From positions 2,046,001 to 2,110,000 of the forward strand of contig CM026547.1 in the NCBI GenBank assembly GCA_014905635.1: 64,000 bases of DNA, given 5' to 3'. Below the pieces are notes generated by a model. The model was not told the origin of the DNA, made no database searches, and worked only from the letters and a program-made list of their open reading frames with translations. Origin of the DNA: Scenedesmus sp. PABB004. Lineage: Eukaryota. The position numbers and the translations under genes are program-made. This document shows, in pieces, positions 40,277-52,603 of the stretch. Positions within the stretch are counted from its first letter, which is position 1, and each line of letters starts with the position of its first letter.

Positions 40277-41763
40277 TCAGGCGTAGTAGGTGCCGGGGCC
40301 GGGCGCCTCGTTGGCATACTCCTTGAGGCGCTGCGCGGCGCGCCGCGCGGCGCGGCGGGGCGGGTGAGCGGCGCCGCGCGCAGGCCGCCAGCCGGCTGCG
40401 CACAGCACGCGGCGGGGCGCCGCGCGCGCGCCTTGGAGGTGCCGAAGCCCCAGGTGGGGTTGGTGGCCTTGGTCGAGAGCTGCTGCGCGCCGCTGGCGGT
40501 GTAGGGCTTTGCCGTGCCGGGGCCGGGGCTGGTCATGCCGAACGCCTGCTTCTCGTGCTCCTTGCTGATAAACGTCTGCGCGCGGGGCCAGCGGACACGC
40601 GGCGCGGCGGCGCAGCGAGTGTGGCGCGGTCAGCCGGCGCGGCGGCGGCGCGCGGGGCCCTGCCGAGCGAGCGCGGCGCGCAGAGCAAGGCGCGCCTTCT
40701 TGCTCGCGTCGCGCGTGCTCTTTCCAAACGAGTGCGCCGGCAGGGTCTTCTTGTTGCTCAGCGGCTGCTTGCCCACGCCGGGGCAGGTCGCGTACGCGCC
40801 CGCGCCGGGCATGTCGCCCGCGCGCATCACCTGCGGCGGCGCGCGGCATGAGCGCGCAGCGGCGGCGCGCAGCCCAGCCCGGCCCCGCGCGGGGTGCGCG
40901 GTGTGGGGCTCAGCCCGGCGGGCGCGCCTTGTAGTCGAGGCTGCGCAGGCTGGTGCCAATGCGTATGCCCGGCGCAGAGGCCTTGGTGCTCGCGACCTGC
41001 CGGCCCATCGCGCCGGGGACGTTGTAGCTCCCCGGCGGCGCGCTCTCCTTGCCGTAGTACGTCTTCATCAGCTCCGCGTCGAGGTAGACCTTGGCCTGCC
41101 CGTCGCGCGTGGCGGTGCCAAACACGGCGCGCGACGCGCTCGACCGCTTGCTCTCCGACTGCTCGCCCAGCGCGGGCGACGCCTTGTAGTGCCCTGCGCC
41201 GGCGCGGCGCGCGGGGCGCGGCGCGCGGGGCGCGGCGCGCGTCGGCGCGCCCGCAAGGCAGGGGGCGGCGGCGGCCAGCCCACGCGCCCGCCGCGGCTGG
41301 CGCAGCGCGCTGGCTGCGGCGCGCCGCGCACCCGGGCCGGGCACGCCGCTCTTGCCCGGCTTGGGCAGGCGCTGCGCGGAGCCAAACGTCATCGTGCCCT
41401 GGTTGGGCACCGTCGAGTCCGGCTGCGGGCCCATGGACGACTGCGCGGCGCGCGCGGGCGGCGGGTGGGCGGCTGCGCACGCTGTGCGCGGCGCGCCCGC
41501 GCGCGGCGCGCGTCCGCGCAGCCCGGCGGCGCGCGCACGTAGATCTTGTACACGGGGCCCTGTGAGTTGTTGCCGCCCGCGGCGCGCGCGTGCTCGGGGC
41601 TGATGTACTGCCGCAGCCCCGCGTCGCGCACGGACGTGCCGAAGCCAAACGACGGGTTGCTCGGCGAGCTGGAGCGGACCTGGGAGCCGAAGCCGCTGCG
41701 CAAGCCCTTGACGCTGGGGTCGGGCCGCCGCACGCGCGCGTGCCGCTGCGCGTCCGCGTCCAT
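40277..41763 (-). CDS. SHIPPO/ODF3-like PGP-repeat protein (axonemal microtubule-associated family), multi-exon
   Basis: Recurring units PGPG.Y...G.Q..S.....P.(F/W)GFG(T/S)..R across ~6 exons. Confidence 0.75.
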
Positions 41764-42412
41764 GGCTGCCAGCACCGCGACGCCGCGCCCCGCGCGCCGC
41801 CGCTGTTCCGCGCTGCGGCGCGGCGGCAGGAGGGCGGGCAGCGCGTGTGGAGGTCAGACGCCCGCTGCCAGGGGCGTGGAGCTGCGGGCGCGGGCTGGCG
41901 ACCGCCGTTGCGCCGGCGGCGCGGCGCGCGCGAGCAGCGGACTGGCGCCGGCTCGCCGCCTCTCGCCCGCGCACCGCCGCGCGCCTCGCCGGCGTCGCCG
42001 AGGAGCTCACACGAGCTCCTGCAGGGCCGTGCGCGCGGGGCCTGGGATTTTGCGGGCTGGCTGGGCAGGACTGCACGCGACCAGGCCCGCCTGCCGCTGT
42101 GGCCGGGGCTCGCTGCGCGCAGGAGTGCGGAGCGCGAGGTGCGGAGTGTGCGGGGGGCGCGGCCGGCGCGCCGCCGTGTGCTCGGCCGGCTACAGCGACG
42201 CGGCTGACCGCCGCAGCCCGCTGCCGACGGCCGCTGATGCAGACGCCACGATGCAGGCGACGCTTACCAGCCCCCTCGCACGCTGCTTGCGCCCCGCAAC
42301 AAGCCGGCCGCCGGCCGCCGACGGAAGAGCCAGCGGCGCTGCACGGCCCCACGGCGCCGCGAGCCCCGCGCCGCCGCCGCCGCCGCCGCGCCGTCCACTC
42401 GCCGTCCACTCC

Positions 42413-43830
42413 TCACGCCTCCTCCTCAATGCTGTTCGGCTCCGAGTCGGTCTCCGCGCTCTCCGCCGCGGGCGCGGGCGCCTCGCTGAAGGAGACCTTG
42501 ACCATCGCGGGGCGCAGCAGGCGGTCGCCCATGCGGAAGCCCTTGCGGAACTCCAGCAGCACCGTGCCGTCCGGCACGTCGTCGCTCGGCTCGCGCATGA
42601 TCGCCTCGTGCAGCTCCGGGTCAAACGGCGCGCCCACGGTGTCGACCGCGTCCACGCCGAGGCCCTTCAGGAAGTCGACCATCTGCTTGTACAGCCCCTG
42701 CGCGCGCACACGGCCGCGGCGGCGGCGGCGGCGCGGCAGCGCGGCGGCGAGGGGCGGCACGGCTCAGGCGCCCCCGCACGCGCGCGCGGCCCCCGCCCCT
42801 CCAGCGCCGTGCGGCGCCGCCGCCGCGTGCCGCCGCCGCCGGCGCCGCCGCGCCTGGTAGCTGTTGTTGATCTTCTCCTCGCCCTCCGTCTCGGGCTTGA
42901 CCTGCGTGCGCGCGAGCTCAAACGCGTCCACGAGCGGCAGGATGCCCGCCACGACGTCGCCCTTGGCGCGCGAGGTGAGCTCGTCCTTCTCCGTCGCGGT
43001 GCGCTTCCTGAAGTTTTCAAAGTCCGCGGTCAGGCGCAGCAGCTGGTCCTTGCTCGACGCGAGGCTGCCCTCCAGCGCCTCCGCCTTGGCCACCGCGCCC
43101 GCCGACGCGGCGAGCTGGTCGCGCAGGTCAAACTCCTGGCCCTCGAGCTCGGCAAGCAGCTCCTCCTGCGCGGCGCGGCGCGGCGCGGCGCGCGGGCCGG
43201 CGCTCGGCGGCGCCGCCGCGGCGGGGCAGCGGCCGGCGCAGCGCGGTCTGGTGCGCGGCGCGGTCTGGTGCGCGGCCGCACCATGAGCGACCTGTCGATG
43301 ACCTCCGCCTCGAGCGCCTGCCGCGCCCGGTCCAGCGGCGACATCGCCGACGCCGCGTCGTCGCCCACGGCGCCGTTGCTGCGAGGCCGGCGGCGTGGCG
43401 GTCGGCGCGGCGCGGCGCGGCGCCCGCCCGTGCGCCCGGTTGCCACCGCCGGCGCCGCCGCCGCGCGCGCACCTCTCCACCTCGGCCGCGGCCTCGGCCT
43501 CAGCCTCTGCTGTGGCCGCCGCCGGCTCCTGCGGGCGGCGCCGCGGCGCGCGGGCGGCGGGCGTCGCATGCATGCCCGCGCGCCGGCGGCAGCGGCAGCG
43601 GCGCCCGTCGCTGCCGGGGCGGCGGCGCGCCGCGGCGCGCGCTGGCGGGCGGCGCGCCCCGTGCGCCGGGCGCCCCCGCGCCGCACCTCTGCGGCCCGCA
43701 ATTGCACCGCCCGCCGCTGGACGCGCGGCGCGAGCTGCTGCAGCGCGCGCACGGGCGGCGCGCGGGCGGCCCGCCTGCTGCTGGGCGGCGGCCTCGCCGC
43801 CAGCTGCGCCCGTCCCGCGGTCAGCTGCAT
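42413..43830 (-). CDS. CGE1: Plastid GrpE nucleotide-exchange factor
   Basis: LLRLTADFENFRKR, ILPLVDAFELA, FDPELHEAI and GFRMGDRLLRPAMVKVS; transit-peptide-like first exon. Confidence 0.92.
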
Positions 43831-44200
43831 CGCGCCGCCCCTGGACACGCAGGTGGTGGGCGCCGGACGGCCGGGCGCAAATTGCGGGGCCACAGGCGGC
43901 GCGTTGGGTCGCGGCGACGTGCGGGCGAGCGGCGCGTGTGCGGGCGCGGGGCTGGGGGCGGCTGGAAGCATCGCGAGCGACCGATGAATGAACGCGCGTC
44001 CAACCCGCGCCCGCCGCGCTGCCTCCATGGCGCTGCGCGCGCGCCGAGCCGGTGAGCGCCCACGGTGCGGCGGGCTGCGTCGCGCCCGGACGGGCGCTGC
44101 GGCGGCGCCGCGGCAGCGCGCGGCAAAGTCTGCGCCCGCCGCCGCCGGCGCGCGCCGGCCCGCCGCCCCAGGCACCAGCCCGGCACGTGCGCACGGCAGT

Positions 44201-44205
44201 TTACA
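44201..44205 (-). promoter_or_regulatory. TGTAA poly(A) signal for the second RAP gene
   Basis: ttaca on the + strand, ~32 nt after the stop at 44237. Confidence 0.55.
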
Positions 44206-44236
44206 GCAGCACCCCGCCCGGCGCGCGCGGCGCCGA

Positions 44237-47200
44237 TCACGCGCCGCGGCCGTCGAGGCCGAGGAGTGCGGCGAGGCGCGCGCGCTGCGCGGCGCGGTCC
44301 CCGCCCAGCGCGTCCCACTCGTCGACCGCCAGCGCCGCGACGCGCCAGCCGGCCGCCTCCAGCGCGGCGTGCTCCAGCGCGGTGCGGCCGAGCGCGCGCG
44401 GCGGCCAGCTCGCGCTCACCGCTGCGGCCGGCAGCAGCGCGACCGCGACGGGCGGCGCGCCCGCGCCCAGCGCGGCGCCCGGCACGCCGACGCGCACGCG
44501 CAGGCCGCCGCCGCCGCCGCCGGCGCACGGCGCGAGCCAGCGCTGCACGAGCGGGCGCAGGCCCATGCCCGCGAGCGCGGAGGCCGCCTGCTGCTCGGCC
44601 TCGCTCAGCGTGGCGGCCGCCTCGGCGTGCTCCCAGGCGGCGGCGCACTGCCGCGCCAGCTTGCCGCGCAGCAGCGCCGCGGCCTCGCCGGGCGGCACGC
44701 CCGCGGGCGGGCGCCGCGCCGCGCCGGCGTGCTCGCGCGCGCCGGCGTCGGCACCGGCGGCTGCGTCGGCGACGTCGGCGGAGTCGGCGGCGGCGGCGTC
44801 GCAGTCGCCGCAGTCGTCGCCGCCGTCGCCGCCCAGGCCGGCGTGCGCGCCCCAGGCCACGACGCCCCAGTCGGTCGCGAGCAGCGTGAGCGCGTGGTGC
44901 AGCTGCACGCGCCGCGCCGCGCCCAGGCGCGCCGCGCCCGCGCCCTGCAGCGCGCGCAGCACCGCCGCCAGGAACGGTCCGTGCGTGCAGTGCGCGCCGC
45001 CGGCGACGGCGGCCCACGCCAGCAGCGCGAGCGCGTCGGCGGGCCAGGCGCGCAGCTGGCGCGCCCAGCGCGCCGCCTGCCGCTCGCCGGCCGGCGCGGC
45101 GGCTGCGGCGGCGCCCGCCTCGCGCTCGGCGCTCGGCGCCGCGCGCGCGCCGCCGTCGCCGCGCCGGCGCGCACGCGCGGGGTGCTGGCCCAGCACGCTG
45201 GCAGCCTGCAGCGCGTCCAGGCTCGGCCCGCAGTCCTCGCGCAGCAGCGCAAAGCTCTGCAGCAGCCCCGCGATGTGCGCCGGCGCGAGCTCGCCGTCGC
45301 GCAGCAGCGGCGCCGCTGCGTCGCGCAGGGCGGCCATGAGCTGCGGGTCGTGCCAGCCCAGCCCCGCGAACGCGTACGCCAGGTTGCACACGCCCTGGGG
45401 CGTGAGCTGCTTGGGCCGCAGCGCGCGCAGCGCCGCGCCGTGGAGGGCCGACGCGGGCGCCTGCGGCCGGCTGCTGCCGCCGGCCGCCGCCGCGCCGCCC
45501 AGCCACGGCGCCGGCCCGCGCGCGGCGGGCGGCGGGCCGCCGGCGCCGGCGCCGCCACCGCCCCGCAGCGCGAGCGTGGCGACCGCTGCGCTCGTCGCCG
45601 CGCCGGCGAGGCCCGCGAGCAGGCCGGGCTCGCGGAAGCGCGCCTTGGCGGCCACGAGCGCGACGCCGCACACGTCCTGCGCGTTGTAGGTCCCCAGGTT
45701 GGCCAGTATGGCGGGGCTGGCGGCGCGCAGCACGCCGCACGGCACGCGGCCCATGCGCCCGAGCGCCCAGAGCGTGGTGGCCACGCCCTGCGGGCTGAGC
45801 TGCGGCAGCACCGCCTGGAACTGCGCCGCGGCCGCGGCGGGCAGCCCCGGCGGCAGCTCGCCGCCCGCTGACGCGGCCGCCCACGCCCAGTTGCTGAGCG
45901 ACTGCGGGCCAAACAGGTGCAGCGTGCGCAGCGCCCGGCGGTGCAGCGCCTGCTGCGCGCCGCGGCGGCGGTGGCGCAGCACCTCGAGCGCCCACGCCGC
46001 CTGCGCGAGGTCGCGCGGGCTGGCGCCGTCTGCCACCGCCACCAGGCGCGCGCACGCCGCGTCGAGGGCCGCATCGTGGCGGTGCCGCTGCACCGCGCAC
46101 GCCCACAGCAGCGAGCACACCTCCTGCGGCTTGGCGCCCGGCAGCAGCCCCACCGCGGCGTCGCACAGCGCCGCCATCGCGGCGCGCGCCTCGCCGCCGG
46201 AGGCTGCGCCGGCGCCGCCGTCCGCCTGGCCCAGCTTGGCCAGCGCCCAGGCGGTGTTGGCCACGCCCTGCATGGTGAACCCGCCCGCGACGCGCGCGGC
46301 GTGCCGCCCCGCGGCCGCCGCCAGGGCGGCGTCGCGCACGCCGAGGCTGGCCAGGCCCCACAGCAGCACCGACAGGCTGTGGGGCTCAAACTCGGACATG
46401 CTCGCGAGCGCGCGCACGCGCAGCGCGCTCAGCAGCCGCGCGTCGTAGTGCCGCAGCCGCGCGGCGCCCCACAGCAGGCGCGCGAGCGCGCGCGGGCTGA
46501 AGCGCTCCATGCGCCGCGTGGCCGCCCCGCACAGGTCCGACACCGCGGCGTGGTGGTAGTGCCCCGCGCGCCCCGCCGCCCACAGCAGGCAGGCGACGCT
46601 GTCGGGCGGCAGCGCGCCGGCGGCGCCCCGCACGCGCTGCAGCACCGCGTGGAGCAGCCCCGGCTCCTGCGCCCGCGCCGTCGCGAGCGCCCACGCCAGC
46701 AGCACGCAGTCCTGCGGGCCCAGCTGCTCCAGCTGCTCGCCGGCGACGCTGGCGAGCTCTGCCCAGACGCCGCGCTGCCGCACCTGCAGCCTCGCCAGCG
46801 CCCACGCCGACCGCGCCACGACGTGTGGCGGCGCCTGCGCCTGCGCCTGCTGCTGCTGCACCTGCGGCTGCTGCTGCGCCTGCTGCTGCTGCTGCTCGTG
46901 CACCTGTCGGTGCTGCTGGCACGCCTGGTGCAGCGCGCGGTGCACCAGGTCGGACGCGAGGCGCTCCAGCACCGCCGGCGGCAGCGCCACGCGCGCCGCC
47001 GCCGCCGCCGCCAGGAAGGCTGCGAGCGCGTGCGCCGACGCCGCGGGCAGCCGCGCCGCGAGCGCGCCCGCGAGCTGCTCCGCGAGCGCCCGCTGCAGGT
47101 CGCCAGCGCGCGCCCGCTCCCGCGCCGGGCGCGCCTGCTGCAGCGCCAGCAGCTGCTGCATGGCCACCGCCAGGCAGCTCGGCGGCAGCTCGCGCAGCCG

Positions 47201-47705
47201 CGGCTGCAGCACGGCGGCGAGCTCGTCCACGCTGCCGCAGCGCCGCAGCGCCGCCGCGACGCGCTCCACCTCGCCGCGCGCGTACACGGGGCGCGGCCGC
47301 AGCTGCTGCGCCCAAGGCTGCTGCTGCTGCTCGGGCTGCTGCGCCTGCGACGGCGGCGCCGCCAGGGCCTGCTGCGGGTCGGCCAGCAGCAGGCCCACCG
47401 CCGCGGCCCCGTGCACCTGGCCCGTCTGCACGAGCGCCTGCGAGCACGGCGGCGGCGGGGAACAGCCGCTGTTCTGGGCGCGCTCCCGGGCGGCAGCGGC
47501 AGCCTACCACGCAGCGCGCTGCTGCTGCTGCGCCGGCGCACCTGGATGGCCAGGTCCGCGAACCCGCCTCCCTGCGGCGCCGCAGCAACGGGCCGCACGA
47601 CACGCGGCGCGCTGCGGGCGGCGGGCGGCGCGGATCAGGCGGCGCGGGGGCGGCGCGGTCGGCGGTGGTAGGCGCCGCGCCGCGCCGCGCCGCTGGGCGC
47701 CCCAT
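44237..47705 (-). CDS. Octotricopeptide-repeat (OPR)/RAP-domain protein; 5' exon uncertain
   Basis: 1064-aa ORF with ~38-aa repeats (PQDCVLLAWALA, PHSLSVLLWGLASLG, PQSLSNWAWA, PQGVCNLAYAFAGLG) and a degenerate RAP domain (LEAAGWRVAALAVDEW). Confidence 0.85.
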
Positions 47706-48281
47706 GCCGCGCGGCGCCGCGTCGTGCGCGTTCAATTACGCCCCCGCCACGCCCTGAGCGGCCGCGCAGCTCACGTCGCGCGCTGGGCGGAGTGCTCGGG
47801 GGGCAGGCAGCGGCACGCCGGGCCCGCCCGGCCCCGCGCCGCCTGGGCCGCCATGCCGGAGGCTGGCGCAGGCCTCACGCAGGCATCACGCGCGGGGGCG
47901 TCGCTGCCGTTGCTGCTCCCCTGCTGCTGCTGCTGTCGGCGCGTCCGGCGTCGCCGGGTGCGCGGCGAGCACTTGTTGTGTGTGATTGTGTGGGCCGCCT
48001 GACGGGCATGGCGCTGGCGTGCTGAGCTGAGGGCAACGGCACGACGCGCGCCGCGCAGAAGCGCGCCGGCAAAGCCCTCGCGACAGCGGCGCCGCCCGCG
48101 CGCCTCCCTTTGGCGCATGCGCCCCCCGTGCGGTCGCACAGCGGCTGCTCCCCCGACCACCACACCCCGGGCCCGCCACGCACGGCCACCGCGCACCCAA
48201 TCGCGCGCGCGCCACGCCGCTGCTGCTGCAGCGGCCGCCGCTCCGCCGCCGCGGCGCCGCCGCGCTCGGGGGGGCAGCGCC

Positions 48282-49913
48282 ATGTACGCCAACGGTTATG
48301 TGGGGACGGCTGACGACGCGGCGCGCATCCGCAAGCTCGACAAGCAGCGCGAGGAGCAGCGCAAAAAGTTCGAGGACGCATCCGACAAGAAGCGCAACGA
48401 GGCGGCCGGGCTGCGGCAGTTTGGGTCCTCCAAGAGCGAGGCCTATGAGGCGGCGTTCAAGAACGACACCGTGGGGCTCGTGACGCGCCAGCAGTTCTTG
48501 GAGAAGCGCGCCACCATCGCGAGCGCCGAGGACGACGAGGCTCGCGACCGCGCGGCGGCCGAGGCCGCGGCCCTCGCGGAGAAGGACCGGCGGCGCAAGG
48601 AGAAGGCGGCGAAGAAGGCCAAGAACAAGCTGTCGTTCGCGGCCGACGTGCGCCCGGGCCGCCGCTGCTGCCGCCGCGCTGCTGCTGCTGCCGCCGCTGC
48701 CGCCGCGCTGCTGCCGCCGCTGCGCAGGCGGCGGCACCGCAGCCCCCGGCTGCGCAGTCGGGGGGGCGGCCGGACCAGCAGGCGGCTGCGGGGCTGGCTG
48801 CGCGGGCGCACGGCGCGGCCTCACGCCGGCGGCCCCGCGCGCCCGGGCGCCGCCGCGCAGGAGGAGGAGGAGGAGGCCGAGCCGGCGCCGGCGCAGCAGG
48901 CGCAGCAGGAGCAGGCGCAGCAGCCGGACGCCGCAGCGGCGGCCAAGCGGCAAGCCAGCGGCAGCGGCGACGAGGCCGCCGGCGCGGGCGAGGCGGCGGC
49001 TGCAGCGGCAGCAGGCGCCGCGCCGAAGCGGCCGCGGTTCAGCAAGCTGGGCAAGGACCCGAGCGTGCAGACGACCTTCCTGCCGGACAGGGACCGCGAG
49101 CTGCAGGAGGAGGAGCTGCGGCTGCAGCTCAAGCGGGTGCGCGCGGCGCGGCGGGCGTGCACAGCGCCGGCGGCGGCGCCGCCCGCCGCGGGCGTGGGCC
49201 GCCGACGCGCGCACCACGCCGCAGGAGTTTGCCGCGCAGCAGGAGGCAATCAAGAACGAGCCGCTGGAGATCGTGTACAGCTACTGGGACGGCAGCGGCC
49301 ACCGCCGCAAGGTGCGGGCGCGGGCGCGGCGCGGCAGGCGTGCGCGCGCGGGCGCGGCGGGCGCGCGCGAGGGTCCGAGCGCCCCGCCCGGCCGCGCCGC
49401 GCCGTGCCCCGCCGCGGGTGCAGGTGACGGTGCGCAAGGGCGACACCATCGGCGGCTTCCTCAAGGCGGTGCGGGAGCAACTCGCGCCGTCGTTCCGCGA
49501 GCTGCGCGCGGTGAGCGTGGACAACATGATGTACATCAAGGTGCGGCGGGGGGGGGGGGGGGGGGCGGGCGGCGGGGCGGCGGGAGAGGGCGCACGGGCG
49601 CGGGGCGCGGGCGCGGGCGGGAATGCGGGCGGCTGCGCGCCGCGCGCCGCGCGCCGCCCACGCGCGCCCCCCGCGCCGCCCACGCGCGTACCCGCGCGCG
49701 CCGCGGGCCAGGAGGACCTGATCCTCCCGCACCACCACTCCTTCTACGAGCTCATCGTCAACAAAGCGCGCGGCAAGTCGGGGCCGCTGTTCGACTTTGG
49801 CGTCAAGGACGACATCCGCATGCTCGGCGACGCGAGCGTGGAGAGCCAGGACGTGCACGCGGGCAAGGTGCGCCGCGGCGGCGCGCGCGCCTGCTGCGCG
49901 GCGGCGGCGGCGC

Positions 49914-49959
<46 letters not shown>

Positions 49960-50095
49960 GCCGACGCGCCCCGCCCGCCGGCAGGTCGTGGAGCGGCACT
50001 GGTACGAGCGCAACAAGCACATCTTCCCCGCGAGCCGGTGGGAGATATTCGACCCCACCGCCGACTACGGCGAGAAGTACACGATCAAGGGCTGA
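48282..50095 (+). CDS. XAP5: XAP5/FAM50 (XAP5 CIRCADIAN TIMEKEEPER-like) nuclear protein
   Basis: AFKNDTVGLVT, KLGKDPSVQTTFLPDRDRE, IVYSYWDGSGHRR, KEDLILPHHHSFYELIVNKARGKSGPLF and KVVERHWYERNKHIFPASRWE. Confidence 0.96.
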
Positions 50096-50454
50096 CCCCC
50101 CACGCCCCGGTCTGCGGTCGACCGTGCTCACGCGCAGCGCGGCGCCGCACGGCAAGGGGCCTGGCCCTCAGCAGCGTGGTGCCGCAAATCCCGTCGTGCG
50201 CTTGACCCCCGCTTCCCTTGTCCGGAGCGGGCGCGGCGGCGGCGCGCGTTTTGAGCGCTGCGCCGTTAAACCTCGCGCACCGGGCGCTCCCCGCGGCCCA
50301 ACGTCCCCCGTATCCTCCGTCGCTCCGCGGCAGTTGTTTCCCCAGCCAACGCTGCAGCAAACGCCGGCGGGGGCGACAGCTGCAGCGCGGCAGCAGCAGC
50401 GCGGCAGCAGCGGCGGCGGCCGCGCGCGGCGCGGATGGCGCCCTGCTGCGTTTC

Positions 50455-52227
50455 ATGAGTGGGGCGCTCGCCATGCTCACGGCCTCGCTGCGGGGGTCCG
50501 CTGCGGAGCGGGGCGGGGCTCCACTGCTGCGTGGCGGCGGGCGTGCTGCGGGCGGGCGGGCGCTGTGCGGCGTGCGGGCCGCGGCGGCCAAAGCGGCAGG
50601 GGCCCGCGCAGCCGGGGCCAAGGCGGCGCCGCCGGCGAGCGCCGCGGCGGCCAAAGCGGCGCCACCGGCGAGCGCCGCGGCGGCCAAGGCGGCGTCGCCG
50701 GTGCCGGCGGCGGGCTCGCCGCCGCGGCTGCTGCTGGTCGACGGCCACAGCATTGCTTGCAGGGCCTTCTACGCGCTCCAGCGCTCGCTCGCGCCGTCAA
50801 CGGGTACGGCGCGCGGCGCGGCACCCACAGCGCGCGGCGCAGCACGCGGGGGCCCAGCGCGCGCCCGGGGCGCGTGGCGCGGCGCGGCGCTGAGACGCCG
50901 GCGCCCTCCCCCCTGGTCTGCGCCGCGCGCCCAGCCGACGGCATACCGACGTCGGTCGTGTTTGGCTTCACGCGCAGCCTCCTGGCGATCACGGAGCAGG
51001 AGCGGCCGCACGCGCTGGTGGCCGTCTTTGACGCGCCCGGGGGCAGCGCGTTCCGCGCGCAGCTGCTGCCGACCTACAAGGCCACCCGCGCGCGGTTGCC
51101 GCCGAGCTTTGCCCCTGACCTGCGCAACCTGCGCACGCTGCTGGCGCACATGCGCGTGGCCACGGTGAGCGTGCCGGGGTTTGAGGCGGACGACGTCCTC
51201 GCCGGCCTCGCGGCGCAGGGCAGCGCGCAGGGCGCGGAGGTGCGCATCTTCTCGTCCGACTCTGACCTCTGGCAGGCGAGCGGCACGCGCACGCGCGCAC
51301 GCGCGCGCGCGCACGGCCCCCGCCGGGCCCGCGCCGCCACTCACGCGCGTCCCGCCGCCGCCGCCGCCGGCAGCTGGTCGACGACGCCGCGCGCGTCGCG
51401 GTGCTGCTGCCGGCGCCGGCGTCGCGGCCGGCGGCGGGGCGCGGAGGGCAGGCGCGGGCGCCCGCGGGCGCGCTGCTGGACGAGGCGGCCGTGCAGGCGC
51501 GGCTCGGGGGCGTGCCGGCGCACCTCGTCGCCGACTACAAGGCCCTGGTCGGGGACGCGTCAGACAACGTGCCGGGCGTGCGCGGCGTCGGGCCCAAGAC
51601 CGGCGCGGAGCTGCTCACCGCCGGCGGCAGCCTGGCGGGCGTGTTCGGGGCGCTCGAGGCGGGCCAGCTGCGCGAGGCGCTCGCGCGCAAGCTGCGGGGG
51701 CAGCAGGCGGCCGCCGAGCGCGCGCTGGAGGTGACACGCCTGAGGTGGGCGCCGGACCCCGCGCCCGGGCGTGGTGGCCCGCGTCGCCCCGCGCGCCGCG
51801 CCGCCGGCGCCGGCCAGGCCCGAGACCCCGCCGCCGCCCGGGCGGGGGCCGCCCCGCCGCGCAGGCCCGAGGCCGCGCCGGCGCTGGACCTCGCCGCGTG
51901 CCGCATGGCGGGCTTCTGCGCCGCCGAGGTCGAGCCGCTGCTGCGGCGGCTCGAGCTTAACAGCCTGGTCAGGGGCCTGCCGGCGCTGCAGGCGGCGCTC
52001 GGCGGTGCGCGCGGGCCGCGCGCGCGCCCCCGCCGGCGCGCGGCCGCGGGCGCCTCTGCCGCAGCCCGCCGGCGCTCACCGCCGCCGCCGCGGTCGGCGC
52101 AGGGCCCGCGCCGCCGGACCCGCAGCTCACGGCGTCGCTGCCGGCGGCGCTGGCGTCGCTGGAGGGCGCGCGGCCTGTGGAAGGGGGGCCGCGGCGAGCT
52201 GAGCCGGGCTGCTGCGTGGAGGGCTGA
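50455..52227 (+). CDS. Pol I-type 5'-3' exonuclease / flap endonuclease (organellar OEX-like); termini approximate
   Basis: LLLVDGHSIACRAFYAL, AVFDAPGGSAFRAQLLPTYKATR, PGFEADDVLA, SSDSDLWQL and DYKALVGDASDNVPGVRGVGPKT. Confidence 0.88.
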
Positions 52228-52603
52228 ACGCGGCGCTGGCCCGTGCTGCGGGTGCTGGCCGGCGGCCCTCGCGCGGTCGTCGCCGTCACCGCACGAAGAA
52301 GGAGGCAGCTCGCCCTGTCGCTGGTCCTCAACACCACGCAGCGCAGAGGGTCATCCTCTCTCGCTGGCCCGAGGCCGCGCACCCCGGGCGCGGAGTGCCG
52401 ACGGCGGCGCGCGCGCGCCTCTGTCCCGCCGCGCGGCGCGGGTCGGGCGCGAGCGCACGCTCTCTCTGCGGCCGCGCCAGCGCGCTGCGCGGCCCACGAC
52501 GCTGCGGCGGGCAGGCTGACGGTGGTTTGGACGTGCTACACAACCGAAGGCGTAGCTGCCCCCGGGGCCCGCTGGGCAGCCCTGCACCGGGCACCGCAAC
52601 GCA

